DNA of 64,000 bases. Source: Asterias rubens (lineage: Eukaryota). Position numbers and translations under genes: made by a program. The notes below the pieces were generated by a model, which was not told the DNA's origin, did no database searches, and saw only the letters and a program-made list of their open reading frames with translations. The stretch spans positions 4,836,001-4,900,000 of the forward strand of contig NC_047063.1 in NCBI RefSeq assembly GCF_902459465.1, written 5' to 3'. Positions 38,225 to 52,220 of the stretch are shown here, in pieces; the first letter of the stretch is position 1, and each line of letters opens with the position of its first letter.

Positions 38225-41200
38225 TGAACTTGCAGTAAGATGCTCAATGATAACAATGTTGTGTCCGCACCCAACTCGTATTGTGGAACCAGCATCTCAG
38301 TGAAATCGAACTAAACTATCTTGGGCACATGTCTTGGGAAAATAACAGTCTCGAAATATTTCCGTTTAATAATATTTTAGTACCTGTCTAGAAAAGAAAA
38401 AAAATGAGAAAAAAAAAGAAGAAAGGCGGACTAAGAGTTTCGCTTGTTAGGTGGATCACTTCAGTTCTATTTAAAATGGGTTTATCTATTGGGAAAAGAT
38501 ACCGAATGGGTGTATTGTATTACACCTTTAACAAGGAGATATCGAGGCTGAACCGGTCAGTCAACATATTATAGAAAACGCATGGATATCATTTTCAAGA
38601 ACTCGGTCCAAAATAGTTCATTCTGACCCCGGTGGTTTCGTCCTCATTGTCTCTTCAAATAAACTATGGAAGAAAAGAAGCCCTGGAACCAGACTATAAG
38701 GCCAAAACGAAAAGAAACATGTTTAGCGTCTTGCCTTTTTGAAAAAGGGAAGAAGGCGGACCTTTTTTCTTTTCCTTTCTTCTAGAATAGCCGCCCGCTA
38801 AATTTCAAAAGACAACCGTTTTTTGTGGGTTTTTTTTGTGTGTTTGTTTTCTTCAAAAAAAAAAAAAAAATTTCGTCTGAAATCCCACTCTTTTTTTCCT
38901 CTCATTTTGTTATATTAAAGGAAGCGTTTGAGGACGCTTAACGTGTTTTTGTTTTTGTGCCTCAATCAGTATGACATGTGTTAATGCCCGTCGGCTATTG
39001 CTACCAATAACAAACAGCATTATATTTCATTTGCAGCAAGATTCCCCCTTACGGACAATACCCTTGTCATACAACTCTTTTTAGTTTTGGTCCGCGATAA
39101 AAGAGAGCTCTAAAGCCAGAACAAAAAGAGAAATGACCGTTAACAAAAAAAAACTATTTCGGTATTGATTTTGAATCAGCCTTTATACGGGGGATTTAAC
39201 TACGGGGCTTACTCTTAGCAGTTGTGATGTATTATTCTTTCCCAAGTCAGTACGGTCGTCGGACAAGTCCGTGATATTGGACTATTTTTAAACCAGCCTA
39301 AACAATTATCAGTATTAAAATGGGATGCCTCAATCTCATATCATGCGGTAGGTGATATTTTATATACGTCAAAGTGATGCGCCTATTGGTGGATTGCACA
39401 TGACGTAACTGACCACACTCTGTGATGTAAAACAATGCAAACGTACACAGTAGTTTTGTTTTTTAAGGTGACGTCACGACTTTGGCTTACTGCATGCTAG
39501 CATATGATGTGTGTACTATCTGACGTGAAAATGGTAATTGTACGTATAATTTTAACGACGCAATTTTTTTGACGTTCACAATCACGTTCACCTTCACGTT
39601 CACTTTTATTTAGAAGGTGTTTGGCCTTGGGATACACTGCGTGTTTAATACAGATATTTGAGAAAAACTATGGTTTTTTTTGTTCGCTCTTTATTAAGGG
39701 TTGCGGGGTTTCTTTTTATTGGGACTAGGGTCATAGTGCGGGTTTTTCTGTGTTTTGCTCGTGTGCTTTATATGAGAATACAGTTTAAGATTGTTAAGGT
39801 ACAACAAAGTTTCCGTTCTGCTTTTAGTAATTACCATAGCATGGTCCTTCACCGATGGTGTATTGGCGTTTAACTCATTTCAAGTTAGACCAGCGTTATA
39901 CAATACCTAATCACGGGGTTAAGTTATTCAAGGAAGGAAAAACTCGACACATCTAAGGATGGCTAAGTTACACTAACCGGCAATATTTCTTACGGTTAAT
40001 TATGTGTGCGTGGTGCTCGACTGGCAGCACTCGATATCCAGCAGTGTTGAATAACGGGGCCAAATTACATCTACTTGTTAAGCAGGGGGAAGGGAGGTGT
40101 AAGTGCGGCACCGGTCTTAACAATTTGAATGTCATCGTGTTTTGGGATTGTAACATTTGTTGCTAAGCACATTCTAGGCAAGTCGGCCTTCATCAAATTG
40201 GTTCGATGGTACAAGGAGTGCCTCGAAAACAGACAACCGCGGGTTGAAATTGTGTATTCGCTTAAAGCAAATATATAAGATGGGTATACATTATGATGTT
40301 TATCGTAGATAGGTGACTTGTTTGATATGCAATTTGTTCTCTCGTAGGCCTAGGGCCGAAACGAAAAAGTAGACCTTCACTAAAATGGTTCGTTGGTACA
40401 AGAAGTGCCTCGAGAATAGAAAACCACGCACGATTCGGTCCCAGGTCCCAGGCTCCAGGTCCCTCTCCAAGGGTCATCTTATAATTATTATGAGCTTATC
40501 TTTTTCTGTACTGATTGTGATTTGATATTGCAGGCCATATTCGTCTGCACACAACGGGGTCAAACTCATGAGTTTTTTATGTCAACTGGATTCAGATTCA
40601 GTCTCCCATCTCCCCTATACGTTTGCGTTTCTGGACTGATGGAATAACCAGTTTCTGCTAAGCGATAATCATTTCCTTGCTTAGCAGATTTTACTGCTAG
40701 TAAGCCAATTGCATAATGTGGGATATGGTGGGATTACCCCCCTTTTTCAGTTGGTGTAGATTCAGTCTCCGGTATTCATTGACGTATTGGGCTGATGGTA
40801 TAACGTCTTCTGCTAGGCAATATAAACCATTACCTTGCTAAGCAGATTCAACTGATCATAAGAAGCTGTATATAATAATATGCGTTTTGCCCCGTGGTCA
40901 TCGGATCGTCTCACGTTGAAACCAGCTAAGCCCCCCCGTAATGTCAATTAATTCCGGCGGAGGTAAATCGTCGAGTCTCAAGCCCGACTGACGGCCGCAA
41001 CAAAAGATGAAGCCGTCCGCATCCGGTGACAGCCCACAGCAGATGGGAGGAAAATATTGAGCTAAGAAATGCGAGGCTCCTTGTCTATCTCTGTTGACAT
41101 TTGAGAAGAAGATGGGTCTAACACTTCCTTATGACCGTCAACCCTCCAGCAATCTTTACCCAAATACAGCTCCCACCCCTCCTTCGTCCCTTGAAAAAGA

Positions 41201-41638
41201 AGCCCCGGTTCATCGACTCTTTTTAAGTGGTTGTGATGTACCCTGGAGCTCCCTAGTAGAGCAACGCCTTCATTCAAGATGACAAAAGTTACTTAAAGCT
41301 TAACAAACCAATGTCTGATTATAAGATAATGTGAGGACGGGGGGCGAAAGTGACGTTTAACGGCGGTGTCGTTTGCTTATATTGAGAGATAGGTGAGGAT
41401 GAGTATTGTTTGTTGAATCTCCGTTCGAGGAAAAGAGGCAATCAATCCGTTTTAAAACAGCAAACTTGAGAATTGTTGTCTTATTTGGTTTGCGGTAACA
41501 CCTTGTATGTATAATTGCTATGTAGATTGTGTTTTGTTGTTGTCTTCTTTATCTGTTCACCCTTTTTCCAGTAATTAGTTGTTGCTGATGTTGTTTGTTT
41601 TGTTTTCTTACCTTTATACATATGTGTAGTGTTCTACA

Positions 41639-41870
41639 GGCAAAAGCTCCGTGTATAAGCAAAGCAGCTCATAAACTGTGCTTAAAAGCAGATGATACTG
41701 CTTGACAAATGTCTAAAGTTGCTTAGCGGAACAAAAACAAACGATTGGGGCACCAGTTGCACCATAGTAAACCTTATGGAATGTATGCCGGTAACCTATT
41801 ATTGTTAGCAAGATTTTCCTTTTCTTAGCAGGTTGTTGGGCTTATACAGGCTTTATGGAATTTGGCCCTG
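41639..41870. mobile_element. Degenerate GGGCCCAATTTCAT-family copy
   Basis: Right end tttatggaatttggccctg with interior gcttagc motifs. Confidence 0.5.
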
Positions 41871-42114
41871 CTCATAATTAAATAATAATGAACCAATTTT
41901 GTAGAGCGCATATCACAATCACAGAGAAGTCCCTATGCGCTTTGAGATGAAATCAAAAGAGAAGTAAAAGTTAATAGAGATGTGCGGTAAATACAAAAGC
42001 AAAATTTAGTTGATACAGAAAGAAGTACTGAAGGCTATTGCAAAAATAAATTTGTTTTTAACTTTGTTTTAAATAAATTCACTGTTTGAGCTCATTAAAA
42101 GAGATCACACCAAT

Positions 42115-42256
42115 GGGAGACTTTCTGGGACGATAGAGGGCAGCAGACTTACCGGGTAAATCCATTGTTCTCAGAATTATGCGCATGTTCAGAACTACGT
42201 AAACAATGGAAATTTACCCGGTATGTCTGCTGCCACCTAGCGTTGGAAAGTCTCCT
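42115..42256 (+). mobile_element. 142-bp palindromic MITE with AT TSD (ISL2EU-like)
   Basis: caAT|GGGAGACTTTC...GAAAGTCTCCT|ATtg; same length as 59773-59914. Confidence 0.85.
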
Positions 42257-42486
42257 ATTGGATTAGAATGTCACACACTTTGATGCAACATTTTCCCTTC
42301 TTACTCGACAAACATAAGCAAAGCACTGTGTAAAATGGTGTGGGCAGAAATACATCAAGCTGATTATTCAAATGAATACTTTTTTCAACAATTATGCATA
42401 TGCGGTAAACAGGTCTTATTGATGGTGTCCACTGCTGAGCACGTTATAAAATACTTCTACCTAAGAAGTCTTATAACTATTAGTTT

Positions 42487-42612
42487 AGTGAGAAATTACC
42501 TCTTTCCCAAAAACTACGTTACTTCAGAGGGAGTCGTTTCCCACAGTGTGTTATACTATCAACAGCTCTCCAATGCGCGTTACCAAGTCAGTTTTTAAGT
42601 AATTACCAAATT
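42487..42612 (+). mobile_element. Kolobok MITE family 1, right-half fragment
   Basis: gagaaattacctct...cttcagagggagtcgtttc...gtaattaccaaa. Confidence 0.55.
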
Positions 42613-44189
42613 TGAAATGTTGCACTTCCTCCAAAATGTCACCCTCTCCCTCAGTATTTCAATCACTTGATAAATTGTTGTCCTACTTCGTGTAACACCG
42701 AGAACCCCAATTGTTTTCTGCTATAAATTAACATCTTCCGAATTATTCGTTGCGAAGTTCCGCAGTACTTTGGATGGTGTAAGAATTGCGATCCTTGAAC
42801 CAAGAAAGTCCAACTACATCTAATCCAATATAACCGAACAATGGTTCAAGGTTGCGCACCGCATCAAATCAATCAGTTTAAACACCTCGGCCGACCTTGA
42901 ATTTACAAGCACATTTTTTTCAAGAGTTATGATAAAGCACAAAAGGCCCTAAAATAAACATGATTTTCACTCTAAGTTTCCATGTGGAATGCGCACAATG
43001 TTTAGCCATGGTATTTTTAATGGAAAGTTTGTTAAAATGTCTTTTTTATTGCGTGGGATCATGGGGGTAGATGGTGGGCTCATTCTGCAAATAACAGCAA
43101 TAGAGTGAAACCACTTCCTAACTGTATTCCGTCGTTCATTGTCAAGCTTGCCACCAGCTGTGAGTTGCCAATCTTAAAGCCACGGGTGTAGTGGTGAAAC
43201 CTCACTTGTCCTCTTTCTTTTCCACCAAAATATTGCAATTATTGGTAAATTAATTATTTGTTGTACAGAGGCTGGGCACCGTTTGTTAAAAGTATCACTG
43301 TATGCTGCTTGTGTGTGTGTTTATATATAGTGCAGTACAGGGAATTCTAAATCTAAGTTGCTATCGATAATACAAAAAACACAGAGATTCTTACTTTGAC
43401 ATTATTATTATTGTACTTAATTATTATTTTACTTAATTGACCCGGTTCATAGTTCGAAAACCACTTGACAGACTGTCTAGAAACTAAAAGACGTATACAA
43501 CAAATAGCAGATTTATCTTTTCAAGTCAAGACACAGAGCCTTATAAGATCCCATGAGATGTCATCTCTTGGGGTGTCTTGCAACTCAATTGAATCTTGAT
43601 ACAGATTGGCGCTTAGAGCAAAATATTTAATAGTGTTTTATTCTATTGCACATCCAGTAAAATCCCTTGTGACCTGATGTGTCTTATGGAGGATTGTACG
43701 GGATCCAATCTCATACGGTTCAATGGAATTATATTTCGGATCCATTTGTGGATTAATATAAGAACCAGTGACATACGGATCTGCGTTAAATCCCCTGCCA
43801 TCCAAATCGGATCTTCCTATAAGAATTTTGTACGGAGTTGTTTAATATTCCACACCGGAGCTTATCAATTTTGTGAGTGGAAACACAATGACGATCCGGA
43901 TCCGGATTTCTCTCTTTGGGACGTCCAAGGGGGTCATGTTCCTGGTCAGATGACGAACTCTATATTGACTATACTTCAGACCGCATGAGGGCGCTTTCAT
44001 CTACAGTTTTTGAGTTGCCTATAGGCCTACGTAATCATGCATCAATGGCGAAATGCATATACATAATAATAACAACTCTTGGCAGGCAATTTAAAACTAT
44101 GACCATAAAAATTATAAATTTTATGTAATAGAATTGACTACTAATTTTGGTATTGTTGCAATGTAAGTGTTTCATCGTGCTACGTTTAA

Positions 44190-44511
44190 AGGCAGTGGAC
44201 ACTATTGGTAATTGTCAAAGACTAGCCTTGACAGTTGGTGTATCTCAACATATGCATAAAATAACAAAGTGGAAATTTGAGCTCAATCGGTCATCAAACT
44301 TGCAAGATAATAATGAAAGAAAAAACACCCTTGTCACACGAAGTTGTGTGCGTTCAGGTGGAAAATTACTTCTTTCTCGAAGACTATGGCACTTCTGAGG
44401 GAACCGTTTCTCACGATGTTTTATACCATCAACCTCTCCCCATTACTCGTCACCAAGAAAGGTTTTATGCTAAACATTATTTTGAGTAGTTACCAATAGT
44501 GTCCACTGCCT
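44190..44511 (+). mobile_element. Kolobok MITE family 1, lacking the central hairpin
   Basis: Perfect TIRs and TTAA; 322 bp. Confidence 0.93.
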
Positions 44512-44635
44512 TTAAAGCACAGATGTATCTCCGCAAACTAGATGTGGTGGCTATGAAACTCTCACATTGAAAAATTTTTTGGGGTAAAGAGTATGGAATC
44601 GTTTTGACTCAGTGATGTAACCGTTTGGGGTGTAA

Positions 44636-44718
44636 TCAACCTCTCCCCATTACTCATCACCAAGTAAGGTTTTATGCTAATAATTATTTTGAGTAACTAC
44701 CAATAGTGTCCACTGCCT
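44636..44718 (+). mobile_element. Kolobok MITE family 1, orphan right end
   Basis: Near-identical to 44429-44511; ends GCCT|TTAA. Confidence 0.8.
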
Positions 44719-44995
44719 TTAAATTGTGCTTACGTGGAGGCTATATGTAACTCTTTTGTAGACATTGTGAGGTCACTGCAGTTTACGTTATTCAACCAAT
44801 CTTACGATAGAAGACGGTGAAGAACGGCAGTTACGGGAGTCGATTAATGAGTTTTGTTCAATCAATGTACACCATGTTCACAATGAGTTGTAGTAGTTCT
44901 GAATAGAACTGGTTGTAATCTGGTGAGGTTTATTCGTAAACATCGTGTTCATAAATATAAGATATATCTCTGGTTATTCTATAAAAATAATAGTA

Positions 44996-45244
44996 TAGGG
45001 CCCAATTTCATAGAGCTGCTAAGCACTAAAACTTGCTTAGCATGAAATTTCTTACTTGATAAAAACAGGATTACCAACCAATTTTCCATTTGTTGCAAAT
45101 ATTGCTTGTTACTGTTTTTGAAGCTGTTGTTTGCTCATCCTTAAAATCACGTGGAAACTTTGTTTGTAATCATGTTTTTATCAAGGAAGAAATTTCGTGC
45201 TACGCAAATTTGTTTGCTTAACAGCTCTATGAAATTGGGCCCAG
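44996..45244. mobile_element. MITE with GGGCCCAATTTCATAGAGCTG TIR
   Basis: agggcccaatttcatagagctg...cagctctatgaaattgggccc; related ends at ~41870, ~50307, 51431-51651 and ~55705. Confidence 0.8.
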
Positions 45245-45477
45245 GTGGTTTCAACATTTCGATCAGTATTTTCTGATAGTCTTCATGTGAATATTTTTCC
45301 CCCACTCCGTGAGCTTCAGTCCCCCATCCCCATACCTTTAAATCATGACTTGGCAAATCGCAAGACTCCACAATTCAAGTCCCGTGCCGATAACAAGAGA
45401 TGAATATCTCCCTACGATTGTCCTCATTCCATCTAGAGTCTTCCTCTAACTACTGCCCTTCCAACGCGAAACATTAA

Positions 45478-45821
45478 AGGCGCATTGGTTATTACTAAAA
45501 ACTTAGCATAAAACTTACTTGGTTGCGAGCATTGCAGAGCTGTTGATAGTATAAAACATTGTGAGATACGGCCCCTGTGAAGATACATAGTTTTCGAGAA
45601 AGATAAAATGTCTCACTCCAATAATAGAACACATCAGTGAAAGCCTTTATTGTGCATCTGAAAGCACACACAGTAATGCAACACCCGTTTTTCTTTCATT
45701 TGAAAATTCGATGACCAATTAAACCCGCATTTTTAACAGGTTTGTTATGTTAATGCATATGTCGGGATACACCTAGTGAGAATACTGGTCTTTGAATAAT
45801 GACCAAACGTGTCCAGTGCCT
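45478..45821 (-). mobile_element. Kolobok MITE family 1, old subfamily
   Basis: TTAA flanks at 45474 and 45822. Confidence 0.75.
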
Positions 45822-47245
45822 TTAAACCTGTCGAGAGTAAGCCCTCAACGGTTGAAACTGGGCTAAGCCGGTGATGAAGGTTGACGCAAAGTGGCTTCCT
45901 AAGGACGAACTTAAAAAACGGTCTATAAATGGCGATCGTGGTGCCCTTGCTCTGATTCGGTCATGTCTAGCGGCAAATCTGATGCGCCAGAGATTGTTCT
46001 TGTTGTATCGAGCGAGTCTGTATTCGACGGGTTGGCAAACGTTAGTCTTTTGCTTGAATACATTCATTAGAAAGAAACCATTGCATAAAAAGAGAACCAT
46101 CTCAGCCTATAGAACTGGCTCAAGTGAAGATTTGGCATTTTCGAGAAGATGTTATCGAAGATTCTGCCCGATATACTATTGTTTGTATATTCATGGACTC
46201 TTACTCCAGCCAATTTATTTAGTTTTCAGTTGTGGAAAGGAAAATCGTCTCAAAGATGGAAACATTTCAAACAAAATAAAAACCTCAGGATAATCGATAA
46301 CACCAAATGTATAGCGTGCTTTGACATGTGAGCTATTCTGATAATCTGAAACCATTACTGTTTTCCCAAAATGTTCTCTTAATGGACCCTTAACATTTTG
46401 CGCGTTTTATAAACCAACTTGGCAACCGACCTCCGAGTTCCATGTGCACTGCTTTAATTTAACGTTTGGGTGAAGAAGAGAAAACGGTGCGCTTTATAGG
46501 GCTGTATTACCTTTTGTACATCAAGCTTTTGGCCATGACATGAATCCATAGTCGAAGTGAATGAACAATGTTACCTGTCATTTGTCGTCAAGTTAAAAAA
46601 AAAAAATAATAATAATGAAAACCCCAGAGCATTTTTTCAGCAGCGTCGCGTAGACACCATAAATTGTGCGTCGTCATTGCTACAACAATTTTCGTATTCT
46701 GAGTCGAAAGTTTTTTTTCGTAAAATTGCTTTACTAATTCCTCAAAAACAACAGCGCCTAAAAGCAAGAAATATTTAAAGGGAAGATTATTACTCATTGT
46801 CTTCAATTCGAAGTTTAATGTATACCTGTGGACCTTGTTTCATGAGTCCTACAAAAAGTACCCAAAACCCTTTAAACGGGGCCCAACATCCAAAAACGAG
46901 CGCGATACTTCTACAACTTCTAAACATTGCATAGTAAAAACATCACAGTGTTTGTTTCGCAACCTAATTAAAGACAAACGCCTGTCACAACAGCAGAAAC
47001 ATTCGTATGTTATAATAGCAACAGAAGCGGAAGTGTGACAAGTTTCTCCATGCTTGTTATGACATTGCCATGGATGAAAGCAGACTGTTGATGCAGTACT
47101 TCCATGATCACTTTCTATAAAGATTAAAGTGGAAGAGAATTTATTTCTATTTTCAAATGCAATGCGGTACACTACAAACAAACTGGTGTTGAAGTTGACA
47201 CCGCTGGTTACATAAATTAGAGACACCGAAGAGTAAATCAAGAGC

Positions 47246-47413
47246 AATGATTGGGGTGGTTCTGTAAAGAACCGTTGGTTTCAACCCGACGTTTCGATCA
47301 GTATGCTCTGATTGTCTTCTACTAGCTTATTTTCTAGAAGACAATCACAGCATACTTATCGAAACGCCTCGAGTTGAAACCAACGGTTCTTTTCAGAACC
47401 ACCCTAACTCATT
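47246..47413. mobile_element. Inverted pair of Penelope-type pLTR fragments
   Basis: ~75-bp arms; each arm holds a gatcag-agcata-ctgatc-GAAACG(TC) hammerhead-like motif. Confidence 0.65.
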
Positions 47414-48457
47414 TAGAGATAATCATTACATGGTAATCACTTATACCTTTCGCACTGGAAAGGTTTTCTTTTACATATGTATAACCTGAGGTTTTTAGAA
47501 ATGTTTTTCCACTTTCATTAAAACTCTATACCTACCCCCAAAAATGGGTGCATCACTAAAATTGAATTTTGGTCTTGTAGCCACTCTTTAAAGTACATGC
47601 GCTTGCACTTACCTGTCTGTTGACTCTTGGAGTGTTGATGGGCTCCCCTTAGCCGACAGTGATAAGTTTAGATCGGGATGAAGTGTTATAGAAGCGGACT
47701 GAAGGGTGTCTCTTTTTAGAAAAATCGAAGATCTCTCATCGCCCTGTGGTGTCAGGTTGACCTGCAAGACTTCACTCCGTGGTTATCCAGAGTCACGTAA
47801 CGCTGAAATCACAAGGAAACGTGGGTCTGTGCACTCATGGTTTTGTTTAAAAAACACCTCGGTATTTCTCTCAAAGCAACTCTTTGATTTGTATTGTGCG
47901 TAGTTTATTATCCAAATGAGTACACCTTTGGTTTTTGTAACCTAGGATTGTGTTTTAAAAATGTAGACGATTGTATGAAATAAAACTAACCCGTGTGAAA
48001 ATTTCATTCCAAAAGTATCGCGTTCTTGAGATATCGCTAAAACGGAGCGAATTATGTCCATGCAAAGAGAAAAATAATCCCTAATTATTATGGATAACAC
48101 AATTTGAGAATCGTAACTGAATAACGCTTCTTTATATAATCAAAATCTGCAGTAAGCTTCTATTATAACCGAAGTGTTTAACGTCAAAAGTAAAAGAGTA
48201 ATATTATCATACGTTTGTCTTTCCTTCACCTCAAAATTTCTCTCCAAACAACTCTTTGATTTGTCTTGTGTTTGGCGTCTCATCCTGAGAGGTTCTTGTG
48301 AGAACACCCGCCATAGTTGCTCAATATAAAACAATAGCCTATGTACGAGTTTAAGCTGCAGCTGTACCTCTTTTCTATAACCAATTAAGTTTTGATTGCC
48401 ATTCATTTTAAGAGTGATACAAACAATGAAAAAAAAATGCCCGCCTTGTTGTCTTTA

Positions 48458-48833
48458 AGGAACACGTTGGATCGGACGAGTTGGTCTATAACTGAGCGTT
48501 TATAACCGTTTGTTTTAAAATGCATGTGGTTGGAAAGATTTTTTAAAAGTAGAATACAATGATCCCCACAAATTTGCCTCGAAATTGCGCGGTTTTCATT
48601 TCACTGTGCGAACTAAGACGGTCGGCCATGGGAGTCCAAAATTTGACTCCCATATAAATGGCCAACCGTGTTAGTTTACGAGGTAAATGGAAAACCATGC
48701 AATTTCGAGGCGTGTTTGTGTAGAACAATGTATTCTACTTTAACATTATCTTTCTAACCATATGGATTTATTACAAGCGGTAACCAAACACTTTTCAAAG
48801 GCCAACTCGACCGATCCAAGGCAACGTGTTCCT
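48458..48833. mobile_element. Kolobok-type MITE family 4, imperfect palindrome over its whole length
   Basis: AGGAACACGTTG...GATCGGACGAGTTGG pairs with CCAACTCGACCGATC...CAACGTGTTCCT|TTAA; central gggagtc/gactccc hairpin. Confidence 0.85.
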
Positions 48834-49910
48834 TTAATATTTAGAGTCACAGTAACCTTGTCAGATAAAACTGTTTTCCTGTGATTTCCAGTGACTTTTT
48901 GCACGTTTGTGCACGTTTATCTTGATTTTGTACACGTTTGTACACGTTCAACCTTGTCAGATAAAACTTTTTTCCTGTCAAATGGAAGCCATAGTTAGCT
49001 GGGTGACCGAATAGCAGTGAGTGTAGGGACAAACCACGATTTTCTTTTTGATTTTTTGGTTAAAAGATTGCAATCGCTACTTGGAGACAGCTCCGTTTTT
49101 GACCCAACACTGTTATCGTGAAAACAAAACTGTGAACGTAATAAAAAATTACCATAGAATTTCAACTTTTCTGAATATGTTTTGGTTTATTTTTTAATAC
49201 ATTACTCAACCACATTTTTCAAGAATTTTAACAATGGAACCCAGACTAGAAGATTATAATTTACCCATTGTTCTCACAAGATGTCATTAATGGTAATTAT
49301 AAAAAGTTAATTGTCTCATTCAATTTCATTCAATCTGATGAAAGCTCACTCTCATCCTCCAGAGAAACATTGACGTCTGAATTTATGTTAAACTGTCGAC
49401 AGTGAAAACCAAACGAAAATTGCAAGTTTCCCATTTGTATTAAATTCACACACAATGTGACATAACTTGTTAAAAGACAGGATTGGTAATTATAATAAAT
49501 AGATTGTTTCAATCTGATAAAAGCTCACTCAATGATTACAAAGCTTGCATCTACCAAACTTCAAGAGAAATAGTTCCGTCTGCAATTCTGTCAAAGGTCG
49601 AAAAGATGACATTTCAAGGCTCCATTAATTACCATTGCTAAAGTGTGGCAATCAAATCACGAACCTATAATCTGAAAGTGTACAAAATATCTGTGCAAAA
49701 GGTAAAACCGCTTTTTAATTGTTTTCTGTAAAACGCAAAAAAAAATATAAAAATAAAAATTCAACTTAAACATTGTTTTAGTGGGGTGATCGTTGATCAA
49801 CTGCCATGGTCATTTCCAAATACCGAAAATTAACGTATACAAACGTGTACAAAATCACTGGCAAAAGCTAAACCGGTTTTCTTTCTATTGCTTTCTATAG
49901 ATTTCTGTTG

Positions 49911-49970
49911 AACAACGACAAAAACAACAACACCAACAACACTTACAACAACAACAACATCAACAACACC
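49911..49970. repeat. Degenerate (AAC)n microsatellite
   Basis: aacaacaacaccaacaac... Confidence 0.8.
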
Positions 49971-50865
49971 GACTGCCATGACAATAAACGTACATGTAAA
50001 CAATGAAGTGGGTCTATTATCCCTTTAATGTTATTTTGGACAATACACGAGAATCGTAAACATTTGTAATTTGATTTGAAATTCTACATTTTTGCTTAGC
50101 GATTGAAATAAAATCCAGAGTCCTTCCGCTGCGTGTTTTCCCCTAGCACTTAGATTAATTGATTTCCTCAAAATGGAATCGTACCTATGTATCAAGGGAA
50201 AATCTGCATTTTCATAAAATATTCTCTCTGTTGTTATATTTTATTATAATCTTCATATTTATTTCACTGTTTCATCTGCAGCATATCTTGATAACAAGTC
50301 ACAAGAACCCAATTTCATGATACGTGTAAGCACAAAAACTTGCTAACTACGGAAAGGCATTGCATAAACCGGTTACCAGACACAGGTTTGAGCCAACTTA
50401 TTACGTTATTGTTTTGTTTAAAACGATGTGTCTGGTGCCCCACTCAATTCAACATTAATTTGCCAATCAATATTTGTCTCATGCTTTTTAATAGCTTTAT
50501 CAAAATTCGTATTTGTAGTAGACTGTGTTTATGCAGTTTCTTTCCTAGATATTAAGTGCATTGTTCGGTATAGCCGTTGTATTTGTTGTTTCGTTTTGCT
50601 GAACTGCACAGATTAGATGATTTCCTCCGAATGTTCCGATGTTTTGCCTTTATTCTTGCTGACAATCCAGTAACCGTCATGACGGTTACTGCATTGTCTA
50701 GTTCAGTTAGCCTGTCATTCCGTGTCTCTACAGGGAAAGCTTTCGTTGCAGCAAGCACAAAGCTTATCAGCTTATGTTTTAACTGCATTCAATTTCCCCC
50801 TAATGTTGAAAACTGATTGAAATGTATCCATTAAATCGACTCAGCCATAACAACCTTCGTTTTAA

Positions 50866-51226
50866 AGACACTGGACACTATTGGTAATTGTCAAAGTTCT
50901 CACTTGGTGTATCTCAACATAATTATGCAAAAAGAAACAAACCTGTAATGATTTACACTCAATAATGGAAGAAAAACTCCCTTCTCACACGAAGTGGGGT
51001 GCTTACAGATGCTTGATTTCGGGACCTCAAAATCTAATTCTGAAGTCTCGAAATCGAAGTCAAATACTTTTGTGGAAAATTACTTCTTTCTCGAAAACTG
51101 TGTTTCTTCAGAGGGAGCCGTTTCTCACTATGTCTTGGACTATCAACAGCTCTGCATTGCTTGTTACCAAGTATGTTTTTATGCTAACAATTATTTTTTA
51201 GTAATTACCAATAGTGTCCTTTGCCT
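50866..51226 (+). mobile_element. Kolobok MITE family 1
   Basis: TTAA flanks at 50862 and 51227. Confidence 0.88.
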
Positions 51227-51430
51227 TTAAGTCAGCGTGACCAAATCGAGGTTTGCTGATAATATTGGTAGTCTCGTTTTGACGTGGTCATTGAAACATT
51301 CATCACAAACATGATCATCTGACTTTATGCCCATCATTAATTGCGTTATTTTGTCTTTTTCGGAAACTTGAAAACTTGTAATGGTGAAGTAAGGTTTTAA
51401 TGCGAGATGAAAGGAGTTGTTCTGCCTTGC

Positions 51431-51651
51431 TGCTTTTAGTGCTTAATGAAATTGGGGCCCTGTGCCCAATTTCATAGAGTCTTTCAAGCGAAAAACATTG
51501 CTTAACATTATTGTCTGTTTAGCAGAAAAGAGCAGGATACCAGTTAAACATTGTACATGTGACATGATAGTTTGGCAGGTATTATTTAGCATAATTGTTT
51601 GCTGTGCTAAGCTATTTGTGTGCTTAAGCATGCTCTTTGAAACTGGGCCTG
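51431..51651. mobile_element. GGGCCCAATTTCAT-family copy preceded by the right end of a second copy
   Basis: atgaaattggggccctg|tgcccaatttcatagag...ctctttgaaactgggcctgg. Confidence 0.65.
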
Positions 51652-52220
51652 GACGCCAGCATCTAATTACGGCCGCATAAACAAAGTGATTTTTTCAGAG
51701 TAGCGCGGTCAGTTTATCTGTAGCAGCGACAATGCAGAATATTCTTCAGATTCAGCCGTAGGGAAGCTACAATTTCGGATGAGGCCCAAGTAATGTTTTA
51801 CATCCATACATACTCGTCTATTAAAATTGAACAAGGAAAAAATGTTGAAAGTTAACAGGCTCGAACAAATTACACCGTGCTCTTGAACCACGATGGAGCG
51901 TGTGGGTACTGGACATGACAGTTTATAGACATCAAATCAATAATAAGACGGTAGTGAAAGCAGGGCCCTGTCTCGAACCATATAAACCATCCAACCCTGC
52001 TGTATTAATTGATGGCAGTGACAATCTAGCCATCCCATGCCTATTCTTGAACCGCAATCAAGTATCTTGAGACGTCCATCCGTAATAAGAAGAGAGGCTT
52101 CACTTGAACGAAATTACAAACCAAAGACTTCCGTTTTTATGAGTGGAAGAGTGTCAAATTGATATGCTATTATTATACTTGAGGCTCTTAGTTATATTAG
52201 AATATCATGATTGAGCTTAA

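Noticed and set aside
45871-46331. 140-aa ORF with vague TIR-domain-like snippets
   Set aside because: No coherent motif in one frame and no recognisable family; similarity is too weak to call.
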